From Eledone cirrhosa (lineage: Eukaryota): 64,000 bases of DNA. Shown piece after piece: positions 61,144 through 64,000 of this stretch (position 1 is its first letter; the number at the start of each line of letters is the position of its first letter). The notes beneath the pieces are model-generated. The model ran no database searches and had not been told where the DNA came from. It saw nothing but the letters and a program-made list of their open reading frames with translations. Both the position numbers and the translations under genes were made by a program. The DNA is taken from positions 126,790,001 through 126,854,000 of the forward strand of contig OZ024740.1 in the NCBI GenBank assembly GCA_964016885.1, read 5' to 3'.

Positions 61144-63586
61144 ATGGAAAAACAATATTTGGGAACCTCTTTAAAAAACATACCAATACCTTCTAAGGAT
61201 GACTTCTTACTCCTTATGATTCAAAAAACTAATAATTTTATCAGAAGGGTTAGATGGAGAGCCTACCACTTCGATAAAAAATCTAAACAAGCAGATCGGA
61301 AATATATGTATGATTTCAATACTTACAAGAATCCACCACACAACTTTTTACTTGAAGACTTCGAGAAAGACCTTTTTAATTTAATTAAACACCTCAAATT
61401 TAAAAAGTATAAATCCGTCTTTCAAAAGGACCTTGATTCTACCCTATTGGACCTAAAAAAGTCTAAAAAAATCCATGTCCACTCGGACAAAACTGGTAAC
61501 TTGTATCATATGGATATTGAACATTATAATGAGTTCATATATAAAGAACTCAGAAAAAATTATAAAAAATCTAATAATGCGTCACTCACCAACATCAACA
61601 ACAAAACACACAACATAGTAAAAAAAACTAAACATTGAAGATAGAACTGAACCTTTGGCATTGAAAAGACCACACTTCAACCTGAAGGATCATAAATCAA
61701 ACCTTAACTCAAATCCTTCTATTAGACTTATATGTCCCTCCAAATCAGATATTGGAATAATTAGCAAAAAAAATTTGGATAGAGTCATCCCACAAATAAG
61801 AAAACACGTTATTTTACCACTCTGGGAAAACACCTCCCAGGTAATTAACTGGTTTAAAAATATTAGATGTAAATCTTCTGCTTCATTTCTACAATTTGAT
61901 ATAGATAATTACTATTCTTCTATATCACCTATACTCCTGAACAAAGCATTGATATTTGCTAAAAATAGATCTAACTTAACTTTGGATGACATTAATATTA
62001 TTACACATGCTAGACTAACACTTATTGAATTTCAGAATGAATACTGGACCAGAAACACATATAGTAATCTATTTGATATTACTATGGGTTCAAGCGATTC
62101 CGCCCAAATTACTGATCTTGTGGGCCTCTTTCTCCTTTTCAACATAAATGCCTCCTTTCCCCACCTCAAAGGTGGTTTATATCGTGATGACTGTCTTCTT
62201 CTTTCTAACAACCTTAGCCTTTCAGAAATTGAAAAAAACAAAAAACATATTAGAACTTTCCTTAAAGACTATTATAATCTTCATATTACTTTTGAAAAAA
62301 CAAGTAAAGTAGTAAATTTCCTAGATATAACTTTAGATTTAGCTACGGGTATCTACCAACCTTACCATAAACCAAACCAAAACTTACATTACATACACTC
62401 ACAATCTAATCACCCTAAATCTATCCTTAAAAACCTTGCATATAATATATCACTTAGAATTTCTAACCTTTCTTCTAACCAAGATGTATTTGATAAAAAT
62501 GCGACCTTCTATAACGAAGCTCTAGATAGAAGTGGCCACAAAAATAGATTAGAATATATACCTTCTACTAAAAATACTAAAAGCATACAACCTAATATTA
62601 CCAACAAACACCAAATGAAAAGTACACACCTAAATGCCACCCACACTATACCCCAAAATACCAAATCTTCTAATATAAAATATAGTAACTCTCAAAAAAC
62701 TACTCATCATACAACTCTAATAAATATTAATAATAAAACTCCTAATAAAAAAGATAAAACACCTAAATCTACAAATATAACTAAAAATGGTTGTGGTGAG
62801 ATCATTAACATTAATCCTCCTAGTAAACATCACGATACAACCTATAAAAATAATAAAAATAATAAACAACATAGAAACCGTAATAGACGGGTTACTTGGT
62901 ATAATGCTCCATTTAATTTACAAATTAAGGATAATATTGCTAAAAAATTTTTTTATATCCTAGAGAAAAACTTCCCGCCAAACCACAAATACTATCAAAT
63001 CTTAAATAGGTCTACAGTTAAATTCTCATACTCAACAACAAATAACATAAAACAAAATATAAGTGCCTATAATGCATATAAATGTAAGAAAACCATAAGT
63101 ATACCACCAGTACATCAAATTAACCATAATATCTCCTCAAATACAGAATTAACGAAAGGTTGTAACTGTAGAAACAAAGCAAACTGCCCATTAAAAGGGA
63201 ATTGTCTTCTTAACAACATAGTCTATAAATGTAATGTTAAAACTAAAGATTCTATTTGCTCATATATAGGAGCTACCTCTAACAATTTTAAGACAAGGTT
63301 TAATACCCACAAGCATAGTTTTAAAAATGCCGCACTGGCTAATACAACATCTCTAGCAGAAAAAATCAATAGTTATAAAAATAAGAATATAGAATATGAT
63401 TTGACCTGGAGTGTGCTCAAAAGAGCCACCCCTTATCAAAATAATAGAAATGAATGTAGATTATGTTCCCAAGAACTATTTGAAATAATGAAATCTAAGG
63501 ATATCCTATTAAATAAACGACAGGAATTAATTATATCGTGTAATCATAAACTAAAAAAAACATTTAAATATTATAAACCTAATTAA
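61144..63586 (+). CDS. Naiad PLE RT + GIY-YIG endonuclease (unit 3), same A8 frameshift
   Basis: Differs from unit 2 at 4 residues seen in the ORF track (G/E, F/L, I/N, H/Y). Confidence 0.9.
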
Positions 63587-64000
63587 TAACATTATTTTAG
63601 AAATTAATTTAATTTAAATGTTAGTTAACCTATAAATTTAATTTAATTAAAATTCTACTACAGATGAGAATATAAAATATTGTGTAATCATAAATTGTGA
63701 AAAACCTTTAAATATTACTAATATATACTTAGTAATTTAATTTATAGATTAATTTTAATTTATTTAAACCTTTTATTAAAATTCCTTTACAGATAAAATA
63801 TAACAAAATATCGTGTATCCAATGACAGAGAAATAATTTTTAGTATTATAGACCTAATTAATATACATTTTAGAAATATATTTATAATTTGGTTTTAAAT
63901 TTAGTCAACCTAAAAATTTAATTTAATTGGCTTAAAATTAGTATCCTTATACAGACGGATTGCAGAGTGTCATGTAATCATAGAATGGGATGTGTTTTGG

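Overview
AT-rich, microsatellite-dense animal DNA with no recognisable host gene. The SINE type and repeat make-up suggest a cephalopod such as Octopus (inference). Almost everything is transposon-derived. (1) 1.5-3.3 kb: an internally deleted Helitron. (2) 4.3-31.4 kb: a same-strand, head-to-tail pile of at least 9 R4/Dong-type non-LTR elements (RT + CCHC + restriction-like endonuclease) from 2-3 families, each separated by (TTA)n/(TAA)n. One copy has an intact 1130-aa ORF; a SINE and an internally deleted L1/Tx1-type element sit in the same (TTA)n tracts. (3) 32.4-45.3 kb: Penelope-like element (PLE) remnants, fold-back mini-elements and a decayed RTE LINE in (TA)n. (4) 45.4-64 kb: a young Naiad-type PLE (RT + GIY-YIG) as a ~6.9-kb head-to-tail array with an inverted 5' arm. 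By eye I find about 10 type-I hammerhead ribozyme motifs. These include one per Naiad unit with a ~116-nt stem II, and a CAGAAGA core variant. Other highlights: a 373-bp passenger with a perfect 113-bp hairpin inside the Naiad 3' UTR, and in-frame TGA codons at Cys-like positions in a second Naiad family. All alignments and folds were done by hand and need computational confirmation.
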